A stretch of DNA of 64,000 nucleotides from positions 6,522 through 70,521 of the forward strand of contig VBDQ01000024.1 of assembly GCA_005889075.1 (NCBI GenBank), in the 5' to 3' direction. Of the stretch, positions 39,173 to 51,121 are shown piece by piece. A program made the position numbers and the translations under genes. Under the pieces are notes generated by a model. The model was not told the DNA's origin. It did no database searches and saw nothing but the letters and a program-made list of their open reading frames with translations. Numbering within the stretch: the first letter of the stretch is position 1; each line of letters begins with the position of its first letter. Origin of the DNA: Chloroflexota bacterium (lineage in GTDB: Bacteria > Chloroflexota > Limnocylindria > P2-11E).

Positions 39173-40611
39173 ATGGCGACCGTGGTGAAGCAGCTCGAAA
39201 CGCGAACGCTCGTGCCGGTGGTGCGCGAGCGCCTCGCTGACCTCGAGACGCCGGTCTCGGCGTTCGCGAAGCTCCGGCCGCTGGGCGGCGCCTTCCTTCT
39301 CGAGAGCGTCGAAGGTGGCGAGCGGATGGGTCGGTATTCGTTCATCGGCGTGATGCCGCGCGCGACGCTGGTGTTCCGCGACGGCACCGCGACGATCCTC
39401 GAGAACACCGGCGCGCGGACGGTGGACTACGCGGATCCGCTCGATCTCCTGCGCAACGAGCTCGGGACATACCGGCGCGAAGGCGGCCGCGACCTTCCGC
39501 GTTTCTCCGGGGGGGCGGTCGGGTACGTCTCGTACGAGGCCGCCCGGCGCTTCGAGCGACTGCCGGCGGCGGAGCGCGACGTCCTGCGGGCGCCCGAGGC
39601 GGCGTTCGCGATCTACGACACCGTCGTCTGCTTCGATCACGTGCGCCATTCGCTGCTCGTGATCGCGCACGATGAGACCGGAGAGCGCGAGCGCGCCGAG
39701 CAGCGCATCGCGCGGGTCTTTGCCGCCCTCGATGCACCGCTCGCCTTACCGCACGAGCCCGAGCGGCGCGTTCGGACCGTGACCGCGAACGGGACGCCCG
39801 AGCAATTCCGCGAGCGCGTGAGCCGCGCCCGCGAGCTCATCGTCGACGGCGACTGCATCCAGATCGTCGTCGCTCAGCGCTTCGACGTTCGGCCCGCGCC
39901 CGAGCCGCTCGCGCTCTATCGCGCCCTCCGGCATGTGAACCCGTCCCCATACATGTTCCTTATCGAGGCCGCCGGAACGACGCTGGTCGGCGCGTCGCCC
40001 GAGCCGTTCGTCCGCGTCGAAGACGGCCGCGTGGTCATGCATCCGATCGCGGGAACACGGCCCCGCGGGCGCGACGATGCCGAGGACGCTCTCAACGAGC
40101 GCGAGCTGCGTGCTTCCGAGAAAGAACGGGCCGAGCACGTCATGCTTGTCGATCTCACCCGCAACGATGTCGGCCGTGTCTCGCGTGCCGGTACCGTGCG
40201 CGTCCGCGAGCTCATGCGGGTCGACCGCTTCTCGCACGTCATGCACCTCACCTCGGTCGTCGACGGCGAGCTCGCGCCCGGCCTCGACGCGCTCGATGCC
40301 TTCAGGGCTTGCTTCCCGGCGGGCACCGTATCCGGCGCGCCCAAGATCCGGGCCATGGAGCGCATCGCCGAGCTCGAGCAGGACCGTCGCGGCCCGTACG
40401 CCGGTGCGGTGGGTTACATCGGATTCGACGGTCGCCTCGACACGTGCATCGCGATCCGTACGGCGGTGATCGCCGACGGCGTGTGCCGGATCGAGGCCGG
40501 CGCGGGTATCGTCGCTGACTCGGATCCGGCCGCCGAGGAAGCGGAGACGCGGGCGAAGGCGCGGGCGCTGCTGCGCGCGATCGAGCTCGTCGACGGCGAG
40601 GCGGTGACGCG

Positions 40612-40615
<4 letters not shown>
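39173..40615 (+). CDS. trpE: anthranilate synthase component I
   Basis: ATG at 39173 preceded by GAGGA. LESV.GGER.GRYSF and GAGIVADS motifs. Confidence 0.9.
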
Positions 40616-41173
<558 letters not shown>

Positions 41174-41187
<14 letters not shown>

Positions 41188-42211
41188 AGCGCTCGGCATC
41201 ATCGCGGCGGGCCGGACCCTCACGCGCGACGAGGCCCGCGGCGCGATGTCCTCGGTCATGGCCGGCGAGGCGACGCCCGCGCAGCTCGGCGCGCTGCTGG
41301 CGGCCCTGCACATCCGAGGAGAGACGGTCGACGAGATCGCTGGTTGTGCCGCGGCGTTGCGCGACGTCGCGGTGCGCGTGACGCTCGGCGGCGATGCGAT
41401 CGACGTCGTCGGCACGGGCGGTGATCGCTCGAACAGCTTCAACATCTCGACGGTCGCAGCCATCGTGGTCGCCGCATGCGGCGGCCGGGTCGCGAAGCAC
41501 GGCAACCGTGCCGCGACGAGCGCGTGCGGGAGCGCTGACGTGCTGGAGGCGCTCGGCGTCCGCATCGACCTTGGTCCCGAGGCGGTCGTGCGCTGCGTCG
41601 ATGAGACGCGGGTCGGGTTCATGTTCGCGCCGCGATACCACCCCGCGATGCGTCACGCCGGGCCGGTGCGCCGAGAGATCGGGATCCGCACGGTCTTCAA
41701 CGTCCTCGGACCGCTCGCGAATCCCGCCGGGGTGCGGCGCATGCTGCTCGGCGTCCCGTCGCCGGCGCTCGGGGAGAAGATCGCCCGCGTCCTCGCCGAG
41801 CTCGGCGTCGAGCACGCGCTCGTCGTTCACGGCGAGGACGGCCTCGACGAGATCAGCCCGAGCGGCCCGACGCGTACGTGGGAGGTGCGTGGCGACATCG
41901 TGCGTGAGGGCAGGCTCGAGCCACTCGAGCTGGGCGCCACGCCCGCGAGCCGCACGGAGATCGTCGGCGGCGACCCCGCGAAGAACGCGACGATGGCGCG
42001 CCGCGTCCTGGACGGTGCCAAGGACGGGACGCGCGTCGCGATCCTGCTCAACGCCGGGGCCGGGTGCTACGTCGCCGGTGTCGCGAGAGACGTGCGCGAG
42101 GGAATGAAGCTCGCCGCGGAGGCGATCGATCGCGGTCGCGCTGGCGATACGCTTGCGCGGTTCGTCGCGACGAGCCAGCGGATCGGCGCGACGGAAGCCG
42201 CCCCCGCATGA
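41174..42211 (+). CDS. trpD: anthranilate phosphoribosyltransferase
   Basis: VGTGGDRSNSFNIST and KHGNRA motifs. TTG start. Confidence 0.9.
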
Positions 42212-43020
42212 CCGACTTCCTCGAGCAGGTGGTCGCCGAGCGCCGCGCCGACGTGGAACGCGCGCGAGGGCGCGTACCGAACATCGTCGTCGGCACCCGC
42301 GAAAGTCCGCGCAGGGGCGCGCGCGACGCGCTTGCGTGGGCGCTCTCGCTGAGGCGCAACGCCGGACGGCTCGCGGTCATCGCTGAGGTAAAGCGGGTCT
42401 CGCCTGCGCTCGGCGCCTTGCGATCGGACGTGGATCCGATCGCGCAAGCGCTCGCGTACGCCGGTGCCGGCGCGACCGCGATCTCCGTTTTGACCGAGCC
42501 GCGCCACTGGGGTGGGTCGATCGAGGATCTCGTCGCCGTCGCGGAGGCCGTCGATGTCCCTGTGCTCTGCAAGGACATCATCGTCGACGCGTATCAGATC
42601 GACGAAGCCTGCGCGGCGGGAGCCGACGCCGTCCTCTTGATAGCCGAAGCCCTCGACGCCGATCTGCTTCATCGACTTGTCGCGCACGCTCGCGATCTCG
42701 GACTCGGCGCGTTGGTGGAAGCACACGAGCCCGCCGCGTTCAGTCGCGCCGTCGGCTCCGGCGCCACGGTCGTCGGCGTGAATGCTCGAAACCTGCGACG
42801 GCCGAGCGAGCTCGACATCGGAAGAGTCCGACAGCTCCACGCCTTCGTGCGTGCCGACCAGTTCCTCGTCGCCGAATCGGGCATCAGCTCGGTCGACGAC
42901 GCGCGGCTGCTGCCGGCACGCGTCGACGCGGTCCTCGTCGGCACCGCGCTCATGAGAGCCGACGATCCGGCCCCGCTCATTCGCGGGATCGCCGGGGTCC
43001 GGCGTACGGTGCACGCGTGA
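42208..43020 (+). CDS. trpC: indole-3-glycerol phosphate synthase (no fused TrpF domain)
   Basis: ATG at 42208 (ATGA overlap). IAEVKR.SP, SVLTE and VGVNARNL motifs. 270 aa. Confidence 0.9.
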   Translation: MTDFLEQVVAERRADVERARGRVPNIVVGTRESPRRGARDALAWALSLRRNAGRLAVIAEVKRVSPALGALRSDVDPIAQALAYAGAGATAISVLTEPRHWGGSIEDLVAVAEAVDVPVLCKDIIVDAYQIDEACAAGADAVLLIAEALDADLLHRLVAHARDLGLGALVEAHEPAAFSRAVGSGATVVGVNARNLRRPSELDIGRVRQLHAFVRADQFLVAESGISSVDDARLLPARVDAVLVGTALMRADDPAPLIRGIAGVRRTVHA

Positions 43021-44201
43021 TCGTCCAGACTCGCCCTGGTCGCTACGGCGAATTCGGGGGCCAGTACCTGCCCGAGACGCTCATGCCCGCCGTCGCGGAG
43101 CTCGAGCGCGCCTGGCTCGACGCTCGCGAGGACCGCGCGTTCCAGGACGAGCTCGCGCGCGTGCTCCGTGATTGGGTCGGCCGCCCGACGCCGCTCACCG
43201 ACGCGCCGCATCTCGCGCGCCACGTCGGTCTCGCGCGCGTGCTCTTGAAGCGCGAGGACCTGGCGCACACGGGCGCGCACAAGATCAACAGCGCGGTCGG
43301 CCAGGCGCTGCTTGCGAAACGAATGGGGAAGCCGCGGATCGTCGCGGAAACCGGGGCGGGCCAGCACGGCGTGGCGACGGCCGCGGCGTGCGCGTTGTTC
43401 GGTCTCGAGTGCGTGGTCTACATGGGCACGGTCGACGCGCGCCGGCAGCAGGCGAATGTCTTTCGGATGAAGCTGCTGGGCGCCGAGGTGCGCGAGGTCG
43501 ACGCGGGCAGCCGGACGCTCAAGGACGCGGTGAACGAAGCGATACGCGACTGGGTCACCAACGTCCGGAGCACCTATTACCTGCTCGGCTCGGCCATCGG
43601 GCCGCATCCATATCCGGCGATGGTCCGCGACTTCCAATCGGTCATCGGACGCGAGGCCAAGGACCAGGCGCGAGCGGCGATTGGCAGGTCTCCAGACGTC
43701 GTCGTCGCGTGCGTCGGCGGTGGATCCAATGCCATCGGGATCTTCAGCGCGTTCATCGACGACCCGGCGGTGAAGCTCGTCGGCGTCGAGGCGGGTGGCG
43801 AGGGCATCGAGACCGGGCATCACGCCGCGTCGATCGTCGGCGGAGAGGTGGGCGTGCTCCACGGCTCGCGCACGCTCGTCCTTCAGGACGAGCACGGCCA
43901 GATCCGCGAGACCCACTCGGTCTCGGCGGGGCTCGACTATCCAGGCGTCGGACCGGAGCACGCGTCGCTCGCACGCAGCGGTCGCGTACGGTATGTCGCG
44001 CGCACCGACCGCGAGGCGCTCGACGCCTTCGCGCTCCTTTCGCGCGCCGAGGGCATCATCCCCGCACTCGAGCCCGCGCACGCGATCGCCGAGCTGCCCT
44101 CGATCGCGCGCGAGGGCGCTGGGCAGACCGTGGTGGTCTGTCTTTCGGGGCGTGGTGACAAGGATCTCGAGATCGTGATGAGCGAAGGAACGCGCGAGTG
44201 A
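43017..44201 (+). CDS. trpB: tryptophan synthase beta chain
   Basis: [20 protein letters not shown] and GGGSNAIG motifs. GTGA overlap. Confidence 0.9.
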   Translation: MIVQTRPGRYGEFGGQYLPETLMPAVAELERAWLDAREDRAFQDELARVLRDWVGRPTPLTDAPHLARHVGLARVLLKREDLAHTGAHKINSAVGQALLAKRMGKPRIVAETGAGQHGVATAAACALFGLECVVYMGTVDARRQQANVFRMKLLGAEVREVDAGSRTLKDAVNEAIRDWVTNVRSTYYLLGSAIGPHPYPAMVRDFQSVIGREAKDQARAAIGRSPDVVVACVGGGSNAIGIFSAFIDDPAVKLVGVEAGGEGIETGHHAASIVGGEVGVLHGSRTLVLQDEHGQIRETHSVSAGLDYPGVGPEHASLARSGRVRYVARTDREALDAFALLSRAEGIIPALEPAHAIAELPSIAREGAGQTVVVCLSGRGDKDLEIVMSEGTRE

Positions 44202-44930
44202 GCGTGACCGTCAGCGTGACGGGGACGGAACGCATCGCTCGCGCGTTTCGGCGCGCGCGCGAAGAGCAGCGGCTCGCGATCGTGGTGTACCTGACCGTCG
44301 GCTTTCCCGACCTCGCGGCAACCATCCCGCTGGCACGCGCGGCGCTCGATGGCGGTGCGGACGTGCTCGAGCTCGGCGTCCCGTTCAGCGACCCGCTGGC
44401 GGATGGCGCGACGGTGCAGCGCGCGAGCGAGATCGCGCTGCGGAGCGGGACCACTCTTGCCCGATGCGTCGCCGAGGCCGGTCGACTCGCGGGGGAGCGA
44501 GACGCCACGGTGCTCCTCATGGGTTACGCGAATCCGTTCCTTCGCTATGCGGGCGGCCTCGCCGCGTTCGCGCGCGATGCGGCGAAGGCCGGCATCGCCG
44601 GGATCATCGTTCCCGATCTTCCGGCCGAAGAGTCGGCTGAGTTCGACGCGGCGCTCGATCCGCAGAGGCTCGCGCGGACCGACCTGTACGCGCCGACGAC
44701 CGGCCGACGTCGGAAGCTTCGTGGCGCGCGTGCGCCGGCACACGACGCTCCCGATCGTGGTCGGGTTCGGCGTGAGCACGCCCGCGCACGTTTCGACTCT
44801 TCGGGGCATTGCGGACGGCGTCGTCGTTGGGAGCGCCGCCCTCGACACGGTCGCGGCCGCCCCCGAAGCGCGGCGCGCGGACGCGCTTCGCAGCTTCGTC
44901 GCCTCGCTCGCCGCCGCGGGGAGGGCGTGA
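44198..44930 (+). pseudogene. trpA: tryptophan synthase alpha chain with an internal out-of-frame deletion
   Basis: Residues 1-168 are read in one frame (ELGVPFSDPLADG ... DLYAPTT, ending 44701). The C-terminal part (ADVGSFVARVRRHTTLPIVVGFGVS...DGVVVGSA) is read in another frame from about 44703 to TGA 44928-30. About 30 aa, including the GF.Y.VS..GVTG loop-6 region, are missing relative to E. coli TrpA. Confidence 0.7.
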
Positions 44931-45328
44931 TGGCCGTTCGCGGCATCCGCGGCGCGACGACCGTCGCGCGCAACGAAGCCGGCGCGATCTACGAGGGGAC
45001 GCTCGAGCTCCTCCGCACGATCGTGCAGCTGAACGGCGTGCGGCCGGAGGACGTCGGCTACATCGCCTTCACGGTGACGGACGACCTGAACGCCGCGTTC
45101 CCCGCCGATGCGGCGCGTGCCGGGCTCGGCTGGACCGCGGTCCCGCTGATCTGCGGGCGGGAGATCCCTGTCCCCGAGTCGCTCGACCGATGTGTCCGGG
45201 TGCTCATCGCATGGAACACCGCGAAGACCCAGGCCGACGTGCGGCACGTATTTCTGCACGGTGCGCGGACGCTCCGCCCAGCGTGGGCCGTCGATCTGCC
45301 CGGCGATACGCCGCTTGGAGTTCCCTGA
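44930..45328 (+). CDS. aroH: chorismate mutase, AroH class
   Basis: [12 protein letters not shown]...RPEDV...FTVTDDL.A.FPA closely parallels B. subtilis AroH. It lies in the same frame as the trpA 5' part, so the raw ORF is 44198..45328. Confidence 0.85.
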   Translation: MAVRGIRGATTVARNEAGAIYEGTLELLRTIVQLNGVRPEDVGYIAFTVTDDLNAAFPADAARAGLGWTAVPLICGREIPVPESLDRCVRVLIAWNTAKTQADVRHVFLHGARTLRPAWAVDLPGDTPLGVP

Positions 45329-45329
45329 C

Positions 45330-46361
45330 GTGCTGGTGGTGATGAAGCGCGATGCCACGAAGGAAGAGATCGACGCGGTCGTGCAGCGAATCAAGGAGTT
45401 CGGCATCACGCCGGTGCCGCTGCCGGGTGCGGAGCGGACGGCGATCGGCACCTTCGGGACTACCTCGCGCGACGCCGCCGAGGCGGTCGAGTCTCTGCCG
45501 GGGGTCGCCGAGGTCGTCCCGGTCAGCCGCCCGTTCAAGCTCGCCTCGCGCGAGGTCATTCCCAGCGACACGACGGTCCGCATCGGAAGCGTGTCCGTCG
45601 GGGCCGGTCATCCTCTCGCGGTCATCGCCGGTCCGTGCGCGGTCGAATCGCGCGAGGTCACCCTCGAAGCCGCGCGCGGCGTTCGCTCGGCCGGCGGTTC
45701 GGCGCTTCGGGGCGGTGCGTACAAGCCTCGCACCTCGCCGTATAGCTTCCGCGGCATGGGCGAGGAAGGGCTCGAAGTCCTGGCCGAGGCCCGCGACGCG
45801 ACCGGTCTACCGATAGTCACCGAGGTGCTCGCGCCGAGCGACGTCGACGCGGTGGCGCGCGTGGCCGACTGTCTTCAGGTCGGAGCGCGCAACATGCAGA
45901 ATTACTCGCTCCTCGATGCGATCGGCGACCAGCCCAAGCCGGTCCTGCTGAAACGCGGAATGTCCGCGACGGTCGAGGAGCTTCTCCTCTCAGCCGAGTA
46001 CGTCCTCGCGCGCGGGAACCGGAACGTGATCCTCTGCGAGCGCGGGATCCGCACGTTCGAGCGATACACCCGCAACACCTTCGACGTGAACGCGATCCCG
46101 ATGCTGAAGCGGCTCACGCACCTTCCGGTCATCGCCGACCCCTCGCACGGCACCGGCAAGTGGTACCTCGTCACCCCGGTCGCGCTGGCGGCGGTCGCAG
46201 CCGGGGCCGACGGGCTTCTCATCGAGGTCCATCCGACGCCCGACCACGCGCTCTCGGACGGGTTCCAATCGCTCACGATCGACAACTTCCGCGCGCTGAT
46301 GGCCGCCGTCCCGCACGTCGCGAGGGCGATCGGCAGGACGGAACGCGTAGCCGCCTCTTGA
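45330..46361 (+). CDS. aroF: 3-deoxy-7-phosphoheptulonate (DAHP) synthase, type I-beta with N-terminal regulatory domain
   Basis: GTG at 45330 gives [13 protein letters not shown], aligning with the T. maritima DAHPS N-terminus. IAGPCAVES and [15 protein letters not shown] motifs. Confidence 0.9.
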   Translation: MLVVMKRDATKEEIDAVVQRIKEFGITPVPLPGAERTAIGTFGTTSRDAAEAVESLPGVAEVVPVSRPFKLASREVIPSDTTVRIGSVSVGAGHPLAVIAGPCAVESREVTLEAARGVRSAGGSALRGGAYKPRTSPYSFRGMGEEGLEVLAEARDATGLPIVTEVLAPSDVDAVARVADCLQVGARNMQNYSLLDAIGDQPKPVLLKRGMSATVEELLLSAEYVLARGNRNVILCERGIRTFERYTRNTFDVNAIPMLKRLTHLPVIADPSHGTGKWYLVTPVALAAVAAGADGLLIEVHPTPDHALSDGFQSLTIDNFRALMAAVPHVARAIGRTERVAAS

Positions 46362-47182
46362 AGATCGGAATCGTCGGCCTCGGTCTCATCGGTGGCTCGT
46401 TCGCGCTGGCCTTGCGCGCGCGTCATGACGTCGTCGGCTTCGATCGCTCCGCGGCCGCGCGCGGCGCGGCGGCGAACGCCGGCGTGAACGTCGTCGCACG
46501 GCTCGAGGAGATCTCCGGCGCAATGACGATCGTTGCCACGCCGATGAGCGAGATCGTGCCGATCGCAGAGCGGCTCGCGTCGCGGACCGACGTCGGCGTC
46601 GTCCTCGACACGGGGTCGCTGAAGCGTCACCTCGCCGCATACGCCGCCCGCGCGCCGGAGCGGTCCCGGCTCGTCGGCGGCCATCCAATGGCCGGGGGGA
46701 CCGCGTCGGGCTTCGCGGCGGCGACAGCCGACCTCTTCCGCGACCGGCCCTTCCTGCTGGTCCCGACAGCGCGGAGCGACGCCGACGCCATGGCTGTTGC
46801 GGGCGAGATCGTGCGGGACTGCGGGGCGCTGGCAACGGTGTGCTCGGCCGAAGTGCACGATCGCGCGATGGCCCGTCTCATCACCGCTCCTCTTGCGACA
46901 GCGACGGCCCTGGCCGTCGGGGCCGCGGAGGCGGCTCCCTTGCTCGACGCGGCGGGTCCGGGGTTTCGCGATTCGACGCGGCTCGCCGAGACCTCGACCG
47001 ACCTCGCCCTCGAGCTTCTCTTCGGCGATGTCCACGCCGCGTCCGCCGCGATCGGTTCTGTCGTGGATGGACTGGAGCAGCTCCGTGAACGTCTCGAGCA
47101 GGGCGACCGCGAATACGTACGAAGCTTCCTCCTCGCTGCCCAGTCGGTGCGTGCCGAGCTCGACGCGGACCAGCTGCCCTGA
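46358..47182 (+). CDS. tyrA: prephenate dehydrogenase
   Basis: TTG at 46358 overlaps the aroF stop. [11 protein letters not shown] Rossmann motif and HPMAG. Confidence 0.8.
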   Translation: MKIGIVGLGLIGGSFALALRARHDVVGFDRSAAARGAAANAGVNVVARLEEISGAMTIVATPMSEIVPIAERLASRTDVGVVLDTGSLKRHLAAYAARAPERSRLVGGHPMAGGTASGFAAATADLFRDRPFLLVPTARSDADAMAVAGEIVRDCGALATVCSAEVHDRAMARLITAPLATATALAVGAAEAAPLLDAAGPGFRDSTRLAETSTDLALELLFGDVHAASAAIGSVVDGLEQLRERLEQGDREYVRSFLLAAQSVRAELDADQLP

Positions 47183-48451
47183 TCAGCGCGCGAGCTCGCC
47201 GACCATCTCATAGAACTGGGGAAAGGTCTTCTTTACCGCACCGGCGCCCTTGACCGCGACGCCGGGGATCTGCAGCCCGAGGATCGAAAAGGCCATCGCG
47301 ACGCGGTGATCGCCGCACGAATCGACGACCCCCTCGTGCAATGGCCGCGGATCGATACGGATGGCATCCCCGAAGGCCTGAGCGCTGCCGCCAAGGGCGT
47401 TGATGCCGTCGGCCACCGCCCTCACCCGATCGCTCTCCTGCTTGCGAGTGTGAGCGATGCCGGTGAGCTCCGTCGGATCTGCTGCCTGCGTCGCGATGAC
47501 CGCCAGGGTTGGAAAGACGTCGGAGCAGTCGCGCACGTTCTCGCGGATCCCGTGCAGATCTCCGGTCCGGCGGACCGTCACCGCTCCCGACCGTCGTGAA
47601 ACGGTGCAGTCCATGGCCTCGAGAAGCGCGAAGAAGCGCGCGTCGCCCTGCGCCCCTTCGCGGACGCGGCCGTCGACGTTTTCGATGGTGACCGATCCGC
47701 CGAGGACCGCTGCGGCTGCAGCGGGATACGTCGCCGCTGTCACGTCGCCTGGGATGCGGACGTTTCGCGCGCGCAGCTTGCCTTCACGCACGGTGATCTC
47801 GTTGCCACTCCGTTCGATCCGCGCGCCCCGAGCGCGAAGCGCCGCGACGGTCATGGCGACGAATGGCTCCGAGACGAGCGTGCCGGTGATCCGAAGGTGG
47901 AGGCCGCCGGCGAGCCGCGGCGCGACAAGCAGCAGGGCCGACGCGAACTGGCTCGACTCATTTCCTCCGATCGTGACCCCTCCGCCACTGATGGGGCCGA
48001 CGATCGTCATCGGCAAACTGTCGCCTTTGACGCTCGCGCCGAGGTCGCGCAGGGCTTGCGCGAGCGGCGCCATCGGCCGCTCGCGCATGCGCGGGGAGCC
48101 GGTGATCGTCACAAAGCCGCTCCCGAGGGCGGCGAGCGCTGCCGCGAAGCGCGCCACCGTACCGGCCTCGTGCGCGTCGATCGCGCCGCCCTCGCGCCGA
48201 CGGCCGCTTGCCCCCTGCACGACGAGCTCGCCGCCATCGCGCTCGACCCGGTAACCGAGCGACTCGACCGCTGCCGCCATCGCCCAGACATCGTCGCCCG
48301 GATCCAGCGCGCCGAGCTCGAGCCGGGATCTGCCCTGCGCAAGTGCGGAAAGGACGATCTCCCGGTTCGCGACGCTCTTGGATGCCGGAACTTTCACCCG
48401 ACGCTCGACGAGCGGGTGGCGGATGGGCGTGATGGGTCGGAGATCGTCCAA
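47183..48451 (-). CDS. aroA: 3-phosphoshikimate 1-carboxyvinyltransferase (EPSP synthase)
   Basis: VKVPASKSVANR motif. TTG at 48451 is chosen as the start from N-terminal length. The stop abuts the tyrA stop (TGATCA). Confidence 0.85.
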   Translation of the reverse strand: MDDLRPITPIRHPLVERRVKVPASKSVANREIVLSALAQGRSRLELGALDPGDDVWAMAAAVESLGYRVERDGGELVVQGASGRRREGGAIDAHEAGTVARFAAALAALGSGFVTITGSPRMRERPMAPLAQALRDLGASVKGDSLPMTIVGPISGGGVTIGGNESSQFASALLLVAPRLAGGLHLRITGTLVSEPFVAMTVAALRARGARIERSGNEITVREGKLRARNVRIPGDVTAATYPAAAAAVLGGSVTIENVDGRVREGAQGDARFFALLEAMDCTVSRRSGAVTVRRTGDLHGIRENVRDCSDVFPTLAVIATQAADPTELTGIAHTRKQESDRVRAVADGINALGGSAQAFGDAIRIDPRPLHEGVVDSCGDHRVAMAFSILGLQIPGVAVKGAGAVKKTFPQFYEMVGELAR

Positions 48452-48455
48452 GGGG

Positions 48456-49619
48456 ATGCGAGGATTATCCGCGCAGATGCGGTACACGCGAGCCGAGCGC
48501 GTCGCGCAGATGGTCGTCGTCGCTACGGCGCTCGTCTTCGCCGTGACGGCTGGAGGATTCCTGTTCCGGGGTGGCCGCGACAACGGATCGCAGGCCAGCC
48601 CAACGCCGAGCGCCGCACCCGGCATGCCGGACGTCACGTTCAACCACGATCCCTGCTGCGCGCAAGCGGCGCGCTACTTCAACATCACCTGGCAGTCCAA
48701 CGTGCGCGTGAGCTCCGCCAAGGTCACGGTGACCCCTGACCCGGGATTCGGCTGCGAGGCAACGCTGGACACCACGTCGCTCAAGGGCACCGTAAGCTGC
48801 GCCGGGCTGCTCAAGGGCGCGACCGACTACGTCGCGCGTCTCGTCGTGACGACCGTCGCGGGGAGCTTCCCGATCGAGCACAAATTCAAGACGATGGGGG
48901 ACAAGCTCGCCGACGTGAAATGGTTCACTGAGTTCGAGGATCCCGTGGCGGATCCGCTCGCGTGCGCGGCGGCGAGCTGCCGGATCATCCAGAACTACAC
49001 GACCGGCAAAGATCCGATGACCGCGCAGCAGATCCTCGATACCGGCAAGCAATTCAACAAGAGCCGCGACCCGGGCCTCGACCCGGTCGCGATCGCGACC
49101 ATCCTCCAGCGCATGGACGCGCGCAACCACTACCACTACTACCGCTACGACACGCGCGATGACGCGACCGGCGCCGCCGTCTACTGGCTGCTCCGCAGCG
49201 GCAAGCCGGTGATGGTGATCAGCCTCGCGGGGCAGCACGGCCCGGTGTTGATGGGATTCCAGGGCGCGTACGGCACGTACTACGACGATCCCGCTAACAA
49301 CATCACCGGCGTGATCGTCGAGGACCCGCAGCGGGGCGACCTCGACCCCCGCACCGCGAGCCATCGTCCCGACAAGCCGCGCGCCGCGGACTACCAGACG
49401 GGTCACCTCATCGCGCTCGACGAGTGGAACCGTGACGAGTGGTGGCTCGGCTTCCCGTACGCGAGCCCGATCAAGATGCCTGACGGTTCGTTCCTCGCCG
49501 TCGATCGCAACGACGGCGTGTATCCGATGCCGCACTGGGCGGGGAAGTTCGTGATCCTGGTCGACGACGGCGATGCCGACAACCCGCCGGACCGCGAGGG
49601 CCGCGTGAAGTTCCGCTAG
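48456..49619 (+). CDS. hypothetical membrane-anchored protein, possible papain/C39-like cysteine peptidase domain
   Basis: ATG at 48456 or 48477. TM anchor, Cys-rich Ig-like region, then ACAAASCRII ... GQHGPVLMGF, suggesting a Cys/His pair. The family assignment is weak. Confidence 0.45.
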   Translation: MRGLSAQMRYTRAERVAQMVVVATALVFAVTAGGFLFRGGRDNGSQASPTPSAAPGMPDVTFNHDPCCAQAARYFNITWQSNVRVSSAKVTVTPDPGFGCEATLDTTSLKGTVSCAGLLKGATDYVARLVVTTVAGSFPIEHKFKTMGDKLADVKWFTEFEDPVADPLACAAASCRIIQNYTTGKDPMTAQQILDTGKQFNKSRDPGLDPVAIATILQRMDARNHYHYYRYDTRDDATGAAVYWLLRSGKPVMVISLAGQHGPVLMGFQGAYGTYYDDPANNITGVIVEDPQRGDLDPRTASHRPDKPRAADYQTGHLIALDEWNRDEWWLGFPYASPIKMPDGSFLAVDRNDGVYPMPHWAGKFVILVDDGDADNPPDREGRVKFR

Positions 49620-49659
49620 GTCCGGCGCAGCCCGACCATGGCGAACATATGATGCGAAC

Positions 49660-51111
49660 GTGGCCACGACGCGTGCAGCTCCTTCGCTCCTGACCGGGGA
49701 GCTCTCACCGATCCAGTCCGAGATCGAGAAACGGCACGACGAGAGCATCGCGCGCTTCCAGAACTGGGTGAGGAACCCGTCCATCGCGGCGGAGGACCGC
49801 GGCATGGACGAGGGCTGCGACCTCATGATCCGGATGGCGCGCGATGCCGGGTTCCAGACGGCGAAGCGCATCGACACGGACGGCCATCCCGGCGTCTTCG
49901 CGACGCTCGATGCCGGCGCGCCGAAGACCTTCGGCCTCTACTTCATGTACGACGTGAAGCAGGCCGAGCCGGCCGAGTGGTCCTCACCGCCGTTCGAGGC
50001 GGCGATCGTCGACAAGCCAGGCTTCGGGAAGGTGCTGATGGGCCGAGGCGCGGTCAACCAGAAGGGTCCCGAGGCCGCGTTCCTCGCGGCGCTGCACGCG
50101 ATCAAGGGCGCGGGCAAGAAGGTGCCCGTGAACATCGTCCTCGTCGCCGAGGGCGAGGAGGAGATCGGCTCCCCGCACTTCAAGCAGGTCGTGACGAACC
50201 CCGAGGTCATGGCGGCGCTCAAGAAGACGGTCGGCGTCGTAATGCCCGCGGCGTGGCAGGACCCCGACGGCAATGTGAGCATCTACCTCGGCGCGAAGGG
50301 CGTCATCGAGTGCGAGCTGATCGCGAGTGGCGAGAAGTGGGGCCGCGGCCCGGGCATCGACGTGCACTCGTCGAACCGCGCGCGGCTCGACAGCCCGGCC
50401 TTTCACCTCGTGCAGGCACTCGCGACCCTCGTCGACGAGAATGGCGATCCCGCGATCGAAGGGTTTGGTCGCGAAGCGCGGCCCGCGACTGCGCAGCAGA
50501 AGAAGCTGCTCGACGAGGCGGCGACGCGTCTTTCAGAGGACACCGCGAAGAAGCTCATGAAGGTGAAGCGCTGGGCGCACGATCTCGGCTGGCGCGAGTC
50601 GCTCGAGCGCTTCCTCTTCACGCCGACCGTGAATATCGAGGGGCTCGTCGCGGGCTACACCGGCCCGGGCGGGAAAACGATCCAGCCGCACCGCGCCGTC
50701 GCCAAGCTCGACCTGCGTCTCGTCCCCGACATGAAGTTCGACACCGCGCTCGCGCAGCTGAAGGCGCACCTCGCGAAGCGCGGTTTCGGTGACATCGAGG
50801 TCGTCCCGAGCGGCGGCTACGACCCGACCGACACACCGTTCGAGGCCGAGCTCATCCAGGCGCAGATCTCGATGCTCCGCCGTGCGGGTATCGAGCCCGC
50901 GGTGATGCCGCGTATCGCCGGGAGCTACCCCGGATACGTGTTCACCGGCGATCCGCTCCGACTGCCCGCAGGGCACTTCGGTATGGGCCACGGCAACGGC
51001 GCGCACGCGCCGGACGAGTACTTCGTCATCGAGTCGGAGAACCCGCGTGTCGCTGACTGGGACGGCGCGGTGGCCTCGCACGTCGCGTACCTATTCGCAC
51101 TGGCTGGATAG
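49660..51111 (+). CDS. M20/M25/M40 family dipeptidase
   Basis: 483 aa with VAEGEEEIGSP and a typical M20 dimerisation insert. TATGAT ends 7 nt upstream of the GTG start and there is no SD. Confidence 0.8.
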   Translation: MATTRAAPSLLTGELSPIQSEIEKRHDESIARFQNWVRNPSIAAEDRGMDEGCDLMIRMARDAGFQTAKRIDTDGHPGVFATLDAGAPKTFGLYFMYDVKQAEPAEWSSPPFEAAIVDKPGFGKVLMGRGAVNQKGPEAAFLAALHAIKGAGKKVPVNIVLVAEGEEEIGSPHFKQVVTNPEVMAALKKTVGVVMPAAWQDPDGNVSIYLGAKGVIECELIASGEKWGRGPGIDVHSSNRARLDSPAFHLVQALATLVDENGDPAIEGFGREARPATAQQKKLLDEAATRLSEDTAKKLMKVKRWAHDLGWRESLERFLFTPTVNIEGLVAGYTGPGGKTIQPHRAVAKLDLRLVPDMKFDTALAQLKAHLAKRGFGDIEVVPSGGYDPTDTPFEAELIQAQISMLRRAGIEPAVMPRIAGSYPGYVFTGDPLRLPAGHFGMGHGNGAHAPDEYFVIESENPRVADWDGAVASHVAYLFALAG

Positions 51112-51121
51112 GAGACGCGTC

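Noticed and set aside
44198-45328. The single 376-aa ORF read as a genuine TrpA-AroH fusion protein.
   Set aside because: The central 76 aa are an out-of-frame translation of the trpA 3' region, whose proper frame ends at 44930. AroH has its own ATG at the TGATG junction.
47180-47185. tyrA and aroA stops placed back to back as the palindrome TGATCA, and aroA/hypothetical divergent starts only 4 nt apart (48451/48456).
   Set aside because: The first is curious but needs no function beyond compact convergent ends. The second depends on my uncertain start choices for both genes.
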